Positions 13,622 through 24,000 of a DNA stretch of 64,000 nt are shown here, one piece after another. The stretch is from Podarcis erhardii (lineage: Eukaryota). Location: the NCBI GenBank assembly GCA_964252035.1, contig OZ176207.1; one strand, 5' to 3'. Position 1 is the stretch's first letter. Each line of letters opens with the position of its first letter. Under the pieces are notes generated by a model. It ran no database searches, had not been told where the DNA came from, and was given only the letters and a program-made list of their open reading frames with translations. Both the position numbers and the translations under genes were made by a program.

Positions 13622-13851
13622 CAGTCATACCTCATGTTATGTTCTTTCAGGTTACATCCTGCGGCAAGCCGGAAGTACCAGAAAGGGTTACTTTCGGGTT
13701 TCGCCGCTTGCGCAGAAATGCTAAACTGTGCTTCGTGCATGCGCACAAGTGCCACATCGCCCTGCGCAGATACGGCGCTTCAGGTTGCACTCTTTTCATG
13801 TTGCAAACGGGCCTCCGAAACAGATCCCATTCGCAACCAGAGGTACCACTG
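13622..13851. mobile_element. Tc1/mariner MITE with asymmetric TIRs
   Basis: Left CAGTCATACCTC, right (rc) CAGTGGTACCTC; TA TSD. Confidence 0.82.
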
Positions 13852-16577
13852 TATTGGATATGAGGCATCGTCAAAAATATGCAATAGAAATGAATTCTAA
13901 GAATTCTAAGAATTCTCTGCAAATGAATAAATGCTATGACCTATCATAATACATCAATTCCTTAAAATTTCTGTCAAGTAAATCACTCACATATATTTCC
14001 ACTATCCTTTGACTAGAGTTATGGCCCTGAACCAAAATTGCAACTAGATATGAGGAAAACATATCAGACAACCCAGGGCTTATCTAGACATGACCCATGA
14101 ATCACAGTATCTGAACACCCTATTGATTCCTAGAAGAAGCAAGCACATCCAAATGTTTAAGTTCAAGTTTAAGACTTATTATGAAAACTCAATGATACAC
14201 AACCTTCTCCCTGACTATGAAATACCCAGAAGTCAAACTGTAATGTACTAGGGACAATCAGCTTCTATCTCTTACCACAAGCAAAGCCTCCCACAATTAG
14301 CTTAGCTAATGGTCCCAATCCAGAGAAGTTACATTCCAAAAGTCCCCCTGAAATTAACAGGAAATGCTTAATGCAGGTAAATAGTACTAGTTTCCGCAGA
14401 ATTAAGCACAACTAACAGTCTCAATTGGTGCCCCAAATTAATTCATAGTTCAACACTTTCCAATAAATTATGCTGCAATGTTATGCACACCTGCTATTAA
14501 GTCCCATGGAAAAGAATACATCTGCATAAGATTGTCTCAACTTCCTTAAAAATCTTTTAAAAAGTGTTAGTTTAATTTTTTCTGAAACACAAGGTCCCAC
14601 GATAGTTATAGGAGGAAGAACGGGGAACAATACAAATCTCTAAAACAGCAAGGGCTTTTATAATATGGCTACTCTTTTTTAAATCAAGGCTTTTAAATTG
14701 AAGAAAAAAAGAGCCCCTATACAAGCTGCATCCATTTTCTAGACACTGATCCAGATTTTTATTTTTTATTTATGCAATTTGTATACCACCCTTTATCTGA
14801 AAATCCCAGGGTGAGCCAGATGAACAAGATGAATGTGGCTTATGTAAAATTTGAGATAAAGAAGGAATACAATTCTAAATACAAGGGCTTCCATTCTAGA
14901 CTCTCCTCATCCCCTAATGCTTTCAAGAAAGGATAGTTATCAAATGGCCCTAATCACTTAATCTTATCATTTTACCCTTAGCAGAGATCATCCAGTAACT
15001 GACCTGATAGATCTCATTTATAAGATTAGCTTCAAAGCACTCAATTTTGATGCATCTTCACAATGGAATGATAATAGACATGTTTAATTACATGTTTACA
15101 ACTTTACCACCCCCTCATCGTCATTATCACACAAACTATGACCATGGAAACTGAAGCACACAGCACTTAAACGCCTCACCCTGCTATGGGGGGAGGGAAT
15201 TCCACCTCTTTTATTATTAGTGTTTCTATAGTAAGTGATGAGTCACCAGTTGAAGTTACACCCCCTGAGCATTATGCTCTGCAACACCCTTTCAGCTGTT
15301 ATTCCAATGTACTACAATGTACCTATTATTCTGGCTTAATGCCTATCAGGCCACGTTCCGGACACAAATATCAAGCTTGCAGAACAGAACTAGGGTTTAC
15401 CCAGTAACACTATCACAACTGTCATAGTTTAATCTCCAAACCAAAGCACTGTATATGGCAATGGGGAGGAAGGCAGGGGCAAAAACCAATTCCACACTTG
15501 CATACTGCATTGATGTCTAGTTCAGAGATCAGATATCACAGACTGCTCAGAACTTGTTTATACAGATCAACAATTTATATAATTATTACATTATTTATTT
15601 ATCTTCTAAAACTCTTTCTGCTTTGTAAGATTATAAAACTCTCATGAATGGGAATAACATCTCAGAAGGTATGGAGAAATCCAATAATGATTTGAAGCAC
15701 CAAGGGTTGTAATATGCAATATAGGTTTCTATACACCCTGTATGGTATGCTCTCCCAGTGTCAGTAAAGCATACTTCTGGTCATGTGATGGAACTTCACT
15801 TTCCCCCTAGTAGTTCTCCATATGCCCTTTAAATCTTCTCTGCAGAGTTGGTGGATCCTCTGGAGCAGATTTTTAACAGAGAAAGGTGAAATCCCACTGC
15901 ACAAACAGAAGTCTGCTAAGGCAATGCCACTTAGGAAATGTGACGTTGAGTTTCATAAAAGAAAAGTCCATCCGTCCCCATCCCCCCCAGTATAAATGTG
16001 CTCTAAGCAAATCAGCGGATCTCGTCAGGCTAATAGTTATGGTAAAACTCAATTATGTAAAAGCTTTTACAGAGCTCTGCACTAAATTAAATTGGAGCTG
16101 ACAGGTAAATTCATTAGAATGTAATTTGGAATGCAACATAAAGATGAAAGAATGAGGAAGATAGGAAGAGCTGTTAACAGGCAATATCCTCTACCAGATA
16201 ATAGTTCAGAAATACATGTGCCATTTTTATTATTATCAGCTGCTTTTCTTCACAAAGTTACCCAAAGCACATGTTACTTGTGGCATATAAAAACCACTTG
16301 AAAGTGGGGGAAAGAGAAGCAAACTTTGTTCTACAGTATTTACATTTATCTGATCCTTTGGAGATTTTTATCACATGCAAGCAGATAAATGCCTGTTTTC
16401 AAGTCTGGTTTCCACACCATTTCATGTGACATTTCTTGCACGAATAGCACTTCTGTGCAGGAAAAAGCAAGCAAACTGTTTTATCATATACAAAAACCAT
16501 GCATATCTATTTTGTTGTCTGTATGTGACTAGTTATCTGAATAATATTGTTCTAAACAGACAATTGCTATCTAGGTA

Positions 16578-16714
16578 AGAATCATAGAATTGTAGAGTTG
16601 GAAGGGACAAAGGGTCATTTAGTCCTCCTGCAATGAAGGAATCTTTTACCCAACGTGGGGCTTCAACCCATGACCCTGTGATTAAGAGTCTCATGTTCTA
16701 CTCACTGAGCTACC
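16578..16714 (-). mobile_element. tRNA-Lys-derived SINE with CR1 tail
   Basis: Minus-strand head TAGCTCAGTGAGTAGAACATGAGACTCTTAATC...CCCCACGTTGGG resembles tRNA-Lys(CTT), followed by a CR1-type 3' end. Confidence 0.8.
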
Positions 16715-17452
16715 CCAGCACAAATTGGAAACTGGTTCTGCTTGAACCAAGCTATGATGACCAAATTACCAGCAGGCCTATTGCAAAAAAGCAGAAGGCA
16801 TTGAAACACTAGAGGTTATAGTTAACAGTTGGGCAACCTTAGCCCAACACAAGATCATAAAAGGTCATTTTACAGTCAACAAGCTGTCCCTGGCAAATGT
16901 TTAGCAAACTAGGCTCTTATAAAACTTCCAGTGCTTGGGACTAGCTTTCACTACTCTTAATTTTAGGGGGGGGGACCTATACTGTAGTTATTTTGACTGA
17001 AATTTAAAGGATTGTAGCTTAGCTAACAATCCAAGGGTAGCAGGAAGTCTGACCCAGGTGTCAGCATTAAATAAACTAGGGGTTTCCCAAACTGTAGTCT
17101 GTGTGCCAACAGTTATCCACAAATTTAATATTGATCCTTAAGTGAATTTTTATTGTGTTTATGTGTGAATACAATCTGAATCATACCATGCAATGCAAAC
17201 TGTGATATAATAAAAGTTAGAAAAGAAGGAATTAAAAAACAATTAAAAATAGACAGCATCTAGCACAGTGTGTCATAACTGTGACAACAGGTAGAAAAAT
17301 TATTAAGTGATCCACCAAGACCAAGTGGTCTGCGGGAGCAAAAGGTTTGGGAAGCCATGAAAAAAAGAAAGTGGACACATTTCACTGGAAATCTGGGTGT
17401 GAGGAAAGCAGAGCTAGGAAAAAGAGATGCATTCACTGTGCAAAAAACTACA

Positions 17453-17676
17453 AAACAAATTCCTTCCAGTAGCACCTTAAAGACCAACTAAGTCAGTTCT
17501 TGGTATGAGCTTTCGTGTGCATGCACACTTCTTCAGATACCACTTCTTCAGATTCTTCAGTGTGCATGCACACGAAAGCTCATACCAAGAACTGACTTAG
17601 TTGGTCTTTAAGGTGCTACTGGAAGGAATTTGTTTTGTTTTGACTATGGCAGACCAACACGGCTACCTATCTGTAA
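17453..17676 (+). mobile_element. Mini PLE terminal-repeat hairpin insertion in RNF139 intron
   Basis: 80-bp inverted arms (17450-17529 / 17559-17638), 29-nt spacer, 38-nt extension ending CTGTAAC, TSD CAAAAAACTACA at 17441-52 and 17677-88. Confidence 0.9.
17503..17540 (-). ncRNA. Minimal hammerhead ribozyme motif in mini PLE
   Basis: Minus strand reads GTATCTGAAGAAGTGTGCATGCACACGAAAGCTCATAC, identical to the large element's motif. Same strand as RNF139 pre-mRNA. Confidence 0.78.
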
Positions 17677-18180
17677 CAAAAAACTACAGTAAACGTTTAG
17701 CCTATTCCAGCCAGATCAATCAACGTACATTTTCACCCTTTCGCATCCTTCAAAAGTGCCCTTCACACCCCTAACTCTAAATGGCTGAAGATGTGTTGCT
17801 GTTTCAACACTTACTTCTGGGTCAACCGGGGATTAGCAAACATCCTTTTGACAAGGACAACCACCACAACCACCAACCCGGTGCAGTTTTGATGCTCTCC
17901 AGGGGAAAGGAGGAGGTGGTTTAGGGAGGATTCACGCCCGAGAAAAACAGGTAGGCGATCGCCCTCTTCTCTCCCCAACGCCAATGAAAAGTAAGAGTGC
18001 AGGAAAGTTGCCGCACAAGGAAGCGCGGAGAAGGCACGGCGACCGTTGACCACAGAAGAAGCTTCTTCCGGGGTGGCGGAGAAAAGGAGATGTATCCCCC
18101 ACCCCCCCACACACAAAAAAATAATCCTTTCTCTCCACCTCCTGAGTAGCCTATAGGAAGGGAAGGAAGGGAAGGAAGGG

Positions 18181-18315
18181 GATGACAGAACTGTAGAGTG
18201 GGAAGGGATACCCGGGGGTCATCTAGTCCAACCCCCTGCAATGCAGGAACCGTTTGCCCCACGTGGGGCTCGAACCCGCGACCCTGAGGTCTCGTGATCT
18301 ATACCTACTGAGGTA
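18181..18315 (-). mobile_element. tRNA-Lys-derived SINE with CR1 tail (diverged)
   Basis: Same organisation as 16578-16714. Confidence 0.65.
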
Positions 18316-18329
18316 AAATTGGGAGGGAG

Positions 18330-19320
18330 GTGAGGTGTGGAAGGCCCGCCCACCCACCCCTTTCTCTCTCCCCCCCCCAGCGATAGGCATATAAAGGGGG
18401 CGCTCGTGAGGGGTGCGGGGGGGGGGGAAGGGTCTCTCACCCATCAGCCGCAGCAGCCCCCCCAGGAGGCCGGCCCACAGGGAGTCTCCGGGGAAGACCG
18501 GGGACGAGTTGAAGATGGCGTCGATGAGGAAAAGGCTGGGCACCCGCAGCGCCACCTCGGCGCCGGCCCGCAGCCACGGGCCCAGCCGCTGAGGCGGCGG
18601 TTGAAGGGGGCCCGGGGCCGCCATCCCCGAGACCCCGCCGCCTCCTGTCCGTCTCTGGGCGGGCGGCGGGGGGAAGGCCGAGAAAGGGCACGGCGATGAC
18701 GGCGGCCGCCAGTTACCGCCGGGCTCTCGCCGCCCGGGACCCCGGACGCAGGGACGTTGCCGACGCCGCCGACACCAGCGCTCGCGAGGAGGCCGCCGCC
18801 ATCATGTCCGCGATGCCTGCCTGCCTCTTCCTCCCTCCTCCTCCTCCTCATCCGCCGCCCGCCCGCCAGCCAGCCAGCCGGCGCGCGCCGCCGCCTCCTC
18901 CTGCAGCAGCTACGTAGCTGCCGCGGCCCTCTCAGAAACAACGCGATGGGCGGGGGGAGGAGGAGGAGGGGAGGGGGCGGGGCCACGGCGTCCTCCCCGT
19001 CACAATGCCCCGCCCCGCCAATAGGCAGCCGGTGCTGGCGGCGGGGCTGGTGGGTGGAGTTTAGGACTAAAAAAAAAACACCTCACCCATCACCACCACG
19101 ACCAAGGGTAACTGTCGAATGAGCGGCGCGAGCGCACCTCGTACCCGCCAATCCGGAGCCGCCAGCGCCGTCGCCGCGCACGCGCTCGGAGGTTTGTTTT
19201 TTTTTCGCCCCCCTCAGGCGAGTTGTTGGTCGCCGTCGTGGTCGTCGTGGGTCTGACCTCAGTGCCTCCTAGCTGAGGAGAGGGAGCGTGTGAGGGGATT
19301 CTTCCTCAGCAGCGTTTCGA
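18330..19320. promoter_or_regulatory. CpG island / RNF139 promoter
   Basis: Very GC- and CpG-rich; GC boxes near 18975-19015; CCAAT boxes near 19018 and 19148. Boundaries approximate. Confidence 0.85.
18441..18624 (-). CDS. RNF139: RNF139 exon 1 coding part
   Basis: ATG 18624-22, MAAPGPLQPPPQRLGPWLRAGAEVALRVPSLFLIDAIFNS...GLLRLM, then GTGAG donor at 18440. 184 nt, phase 1 joins exon 2 to give 668 aa. Confidence 0.96.
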
Positions 19321-19566
19321 ATTATTTATCTGATAAAATTTGTACACTTGATGGTAAAACAAGCCACACAGACAGACCTCAAAGGACTTTGCAAAAAGAT
19401 GAGGCAATAAAATCGTAGGGAAATTCACAGCCCTACTTTGAGGCATACTAAAGTTTAACATACTAAAGCAGTTACAGATAGGTAGCCGTGTTGGTCTGTC
19501 ATGGTCAAAACAAAATAAAAAAATTCCTTCCAGTAGCACCTTAAAGACCAACTGAGTTAGTTCTAG

Positions 19567-19604
19567 GTATGAGCTTTCGTGTGCATGCACACTTCTTCAG
19601 ATAC
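19567..19604 (-). ncRNA. Minimal hammerhead ribozyme motif (mirror copy)
   Basis: Exact reverse complement of 21770-21807. Confidence 0.8.
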
Positions 19605-21769
19605 ACTGAAACAGAAGTCACCGGACCTTTCTATATAGTGAGAAGGTGGGGAGGGGTATTACTCAGAAGGGTGGTGGGAATGGGTGATTGGCAGATAGCT
19701 GCGATGAGCCTGTTGACGACTCTTAACGACTGCAATAGGTCTAACAGGAAAAAGCAAGGGGTGAGAAGGTGAAAAATGGCTTTGTCATGTATAATGAGAT
19801 AAGAATCCAATGTCTTTATTCAAACCAGGTCTCTCCATAGTTTTAAGTTTGGTGATAAGTTGCAATTCAGCAGCTTCTCTTTCCAGTCTATTTCTGAAAT
19901 TCCTTTGTAATAGAACAGCTACTTTGAGATCTTGTATAGAATGTCCTGGGAGATTGAAGTGTTCTCCTACTGGTTTTTCTGTCTTGTGGTTCCTGATGTC
20001 GGATTTATGTCCATTTATTCTTTGGCGTAAGGTCTGGCCTGTTTGTCCAATATAGAGAGCTGAAGGACACTGTTGGCATTTTATGGCATACACAATGTTA
20101 GACGATGAGCAATTAAATAGTCCCGAGATGGTATGTGTGATGTTGTTGGGGCCAGTAATGGTGTTGTCCGGGTGTATGTGGCAGCAAAGTTGGCATCTGG
20201 GTTTATTGCAGGCTCTGGTGCCAGTGTCCGTGTTAAGTCTGGTTATAGTATTATTGTGGGTTAGGAGTTGTTTAAGATTGGGGGGCTGTCTGGAGGCAAT
20301 GAAAGGTCTTCCTCCCAGAGCTTGAGAAAGAGAACTGTCATTGTCCAGGAGAGGTTGTAGATCTCTGATGATGCGTTGTACTGTTTTAACTTGGGAGCTG
20401 TATGTGATGACTAGAGGTGTTCTGTTATTTTCTTTTTTGGGTCTGTCTTGCAGCAAGTTCTCTCTGGGTATCAGTCTGGCTCTGTTGATCTGTTGTCTAA
20501 CTTCATCTGCTGGGTATTTTAGTTCTAAAAAGGTTTGCTGTAGATCTCTTAGGTGAGAGTCTCTGTCTGTAGAATTGGAGCAGATGCGGCTGTAACGTAG
20601 TGCCTGGCTATATACAATGGACTGTTTGGTATGTTTGGGATGGTAGCTAGAGGCATGTAGATATGTTTGTCGGTCAGTTGGTTTACTGTAAACCAACTGA
20701 CCGACAAACATATCTACATGCCTCTAGCTACCATCCCAAACATACCAAACAGTCCATTGTATATAGCCAGGCACTACGTTACAGCCGCATCTGCTCCAAT
20801 TCTACAGACAGAGACTCTCACCTAAGAGATCTACAGCAAACCTTTTTAGAACTAAAATACCCAGCAGATGAAGTTAGACAACAGATCAACAGAGCCAGAC
20901 TGATACCCAGAGAGAACTTGCTGCAAGACAGACCCAAAAAAGAAAATAACAGAACACCTCTAGTCATCACATACAGCTCCCAAGTTAAAACAGTACAACG
21001 CATCATCAGAGATCTACAACCTCTCCTGGACAATGACAGTTCTCTTTCTCAAGCTCTGGGAGGAAGACCTTTCATTGCCTCCAGACAGCCCCCCAATCTT
21101 AAACAACTCCTAACCCACAATAATACTATAACCAGACTTAACACGGACACTGGCACCAGAGCCTGCAATAAACCCAGATGCCAACTTTGCTGCCACATAC
21201 ACCCGGACAACACCATTACTGGCCCCAACAACATCACACATACCATCTCGGGACTATTTAATTGCTCATCGTCTAACATTGTGTATGCCATAAAATGCCA
21301 ACAGTGTCCTTCAGCTCTCTATATTGGACAAACAGGCCAGACCTTACGCCAAAGAATAAATGGACATAAATCCGACATCAGGAACCACAAGACAGAAAAA
21401 CCAGTAGGAGAACACTTCAATCTCCCAGGACATTCTATACAAGATCTCAAAGTAGCTGTTCTATTACAAAGGAATTTCAGAAATAGACTGGAAAGAGAAG
21501 CTGCTGAATTGCAACTTATCACCAAACTTAAAACTATGGAGAGACCTGGTTTGAATAAAGACATTGGATTCTTATCTCATTATACATGACAAAGCCATTT
21601 TTCACCTTCTCACCCCTTGCTTTTTCCTGTTAGACCTATTGCAGTCGTTAAGAGTCGTCAACAGGCTCATCGCAGCTATCTGCCAATCACCCATTCCCAC
21701 CACCCTTCTGAGTAATACCCCTCCCCACCTTCTCACTATATAGAAAGGTCCGGTGACTTCTGTTTCAGT

Positions 21770-21807
21770 GTATCTGAAGAAGTGTGCATGCACACGAAAG
21801 CTCATAC
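21770..21807 (+). ncRNA. Minimal type I hammerhead ribozyme motif in PLE terminal repeat
   Basis: GTAT-CTGAAGA-A-GTGTGCATGCACAC-GAAA-GC-TC-ATAC: stem I GTAT/ATAC, CUGANGA core, stem II, GAAA, palindromic AGCT in place of stem III. Predicted cleavage after C21803. Confidence 0.8.
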
Positions 21808-21986
21808 CTAGAACTAACTCAGTTGGTCTTTAAGGTGCTACTGGAAGGAATTTTTTTATACTAAAGCAGGTTAAAGTTCAGCTCAACTTTAAGCTTCCTC
21901 TGAGTAGGCTTGTCTAAAACAGGACGTTTTTTAGCAGGCGCTGAAAAGAATAAAAGGCACCTACTTTTAAATACCATATTTATACG

Positions 21987-22518
21987 CAGTGCCAGATTTA
22001 CGTATAAGCTAAACAAGCTATAGCTTAGGGCCGCACTCTCTTGGAGGGCCCCCAAAAAATTTAAACGAAAAAAACCTGGGATGTACGTTTCCAAAATAGA
22101 AGATAAAAAACAAAATAAAATCTACAATTATTTCATGTTATAGCAAGTTTCTAGAGACTAGATTATGAGTCTTTGTAAATTGTGTTTCTAAAGGAACTTT
22201 TGTTATTGCCAAATGCCAATGTCTTTGCATTATTAAGTTTGTTATGAATAAAAATTCATTTTAAGTTAGAGCTTAATAATTATTTCACTATTAATATACT
22301 TCTTAATTGTATTTCAGTTCAACAATTACTTTGATAAAATACATATTTTGTTATGTACAAATAGCTTTAGATACCTATTAGGTCCTAAATTACCATTTGG
22401 CATATATTCAGCACACACAAAAAGCGACAATTTGTTGTTGACAAAGGAAAGCTGGACATATCAAGGGCCCCATTTCGTTCAGTAGCTTAGGGCCTCATCA
22501 AACCTAAATCCAGCCCTG
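21987..22518. mobile_element. hAT-type non-autonomous element
   Basis: CAGTGCCAGATTTA / TAAATCCAGCCCTG termini; 8-bp TSD TTTATACG / TTTATACC (7 of 8). Confidence 0.75.
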
Positions 22519-23308
22519 TTTATACCCCGCCTTTTTCCCTGTCAGGGACTCAAGGCAGCTTACAGATGAATATAAGAACAGCCAAAAATATAAGGTGTTT
22601 GTGGGTTTTAGAAGCACCTTGCTGGAATATTGCTGAAAAGGATGCCGCGTCTGGTGGCTGGCCTGATCCAAAAAGGGTTCTGTGATTGCTTTCATGGCAT
22701 GTAATTGCTGGCACACCCAAGTAAATAATTTTAGACATTTTAGTTTTGAAATGGAGTATACATTTTCCCTCCCCCATCAAAGAAAAACAGCCATGTTGTT
22801 TCCCTTCTCAAATCCCAAATTTAGATCCCAAACAATATGTTGTTGTTTTTCAGAATTTCACAACAAAATATATAGGAGCAAAACGGTGGGATGTGGTCCC
22901 AAAGCAGGCGAGTGTATTCAAGGCCAAATGAAGCCTGTTTAGTCAGAAGTACATTCCATTGATTCCGTGGGGCTTACTTCCAATATAAGATTACAAGATT
23001 ACAGCCTAAGGTAGCAGTCGTATACAGAAAAAGCTGGCATAAACCAAATTGGCTTAAATTAAGACAGCATTAAGTTGCACCAGATCCAAACTCCGTTCAG
23101 CCACAGAGCGACTGATGTCTGAGCCAGCCTAAGCCTATTAGAGGAAGCACAAGGCTTTAGGATAGTGTTTGAGTTACGGTATGCCACTATTTTTGCCATC
23201 TTCACTTATTCTGACTTGCAAGGTCAAGTGACTAAACTGAACAGGCTTTGGATCCATCCTAACTGCCCATTTGGTCCCATCCCCGGAAAGCCCATTTTTT
23301 GCATAGTT

Positions 23309-23771
23309 TTGTTGTTGTTTAGTCGTTTAGTCGTGTCCGACTTTTCCTGACCCCATGGACCAGAGCATGCCAGGCACTCCTGTTTTCCACTGCCTCCCAC
23401 AATTTGTTCAAACTCATGCTGGTAGCTTCGAGAACACTGTCCAACCATCTCGTCCTCTGTCATCCCCTTCTCCTTGTGCCCTCAATCTTTCCCAACATCA
23501 GGGTCTTTTCCAGGGAATCTTCTCTTCTCATGAGGTGGCCAAAGTATTGGAGCCTCAGCTTCATGATCTGCCCTTCCAGGGAGCACTCAGGGCTGATTTC
23601 CTTAAGAATGGATGGGTTTGATCTTCTTGCAGTCCATGGGACTCTCAAGAGTCTCCTCCAGCACCATAATTCAAAAGCATCAATTCTTTGGCGACCAGCC
23701 TTCTTTATGGTCCAGCTCTCACGTCCATACATCACTACCGGGAAAGCCATAGCTTTAACTATACGGACCTT
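23309..23771 (-). mobile_element. Bov-B (RTE) LINE 3' fragment
   Basis: MAFPVVMYGRESWTIKKAGRQRIDAFELWCWRRLLRVPWTARRSN; (CAA)n tail. Confidence 0.92.
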
Positions 23772-24000
23772 AACTTGATTAAGATACTCTGGGCTCTGCC
23801 CAGGTTGCTGGGTTGCTGCTGAGCTGGGGTGGTTAGATAAGCCCCCTTAGTCCCGAATCATTTGATACAATAAAGACATGCTCTCATATGAATCTGCCTG
23901 GGCTTTGTGATTGGCCTCTGGAGCTTAATCCTCCGGCCTGCTGTCAAGAACCATCAGACTGGCAGGTACTTGGGCAAAATTTTTCAGCGGAGGATCCACA
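23772..24000 (+). mobile_element. LTR 3' fragment abutting Bov-B
   Basis: AATAAA near 23870 and CA terminus; 5' part not found. Confidence 0.4.

Larger units (their letters stand above)
19472..21857. mobile_element. 5'-truncated Penelope-like retroelement (probably Neptune clade) as a perfect inverted duplication
   Basis: Arms 19515-20686 and 20688-21859 are reverse complements. Each encodes an RT-thumb end (KPTDRQTYLHASSYHP...YSQALRYSRICS), a Cys-rich linker CNKPRCQLC and a GIY-YIG endonuclease (VYAIKCQQC...YIGQT...LRQRINGH). TSD ATACTAAAGCAG at 19460-71 and 21858-69. Confidence 0.95.

Noticed and set aside
16640-16714. tRNA-Lys gene
   Set aside because: Diverged, lacks an intact acceptor stem and is fused to a CR1 tail, so it is a SINE head. 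The same applies to the other tRNA-like heads.
18337-19122. Plus-strand ORFs over the RNF139 island
   Set aside because: Same GC-richness artefact; no recognisable domains.
19785-21589. Two 308-aa ORFs as genuine host genes
   Set aside because: Both are the same 5'-truncated PLE ORF. Their starting MFVGQLV is created by the inverted opposite arm, and the RT catalytic core is missing.
19515-21859. Palindrome as a pure sequencing or assembly fold-back artefact
   Set aside because: Disfavoured but not excluded. Unique flanks on both sides, a 12-bp TSD, an asymmetric extension and two small copies with the same architecture are not expected from a read artefact.
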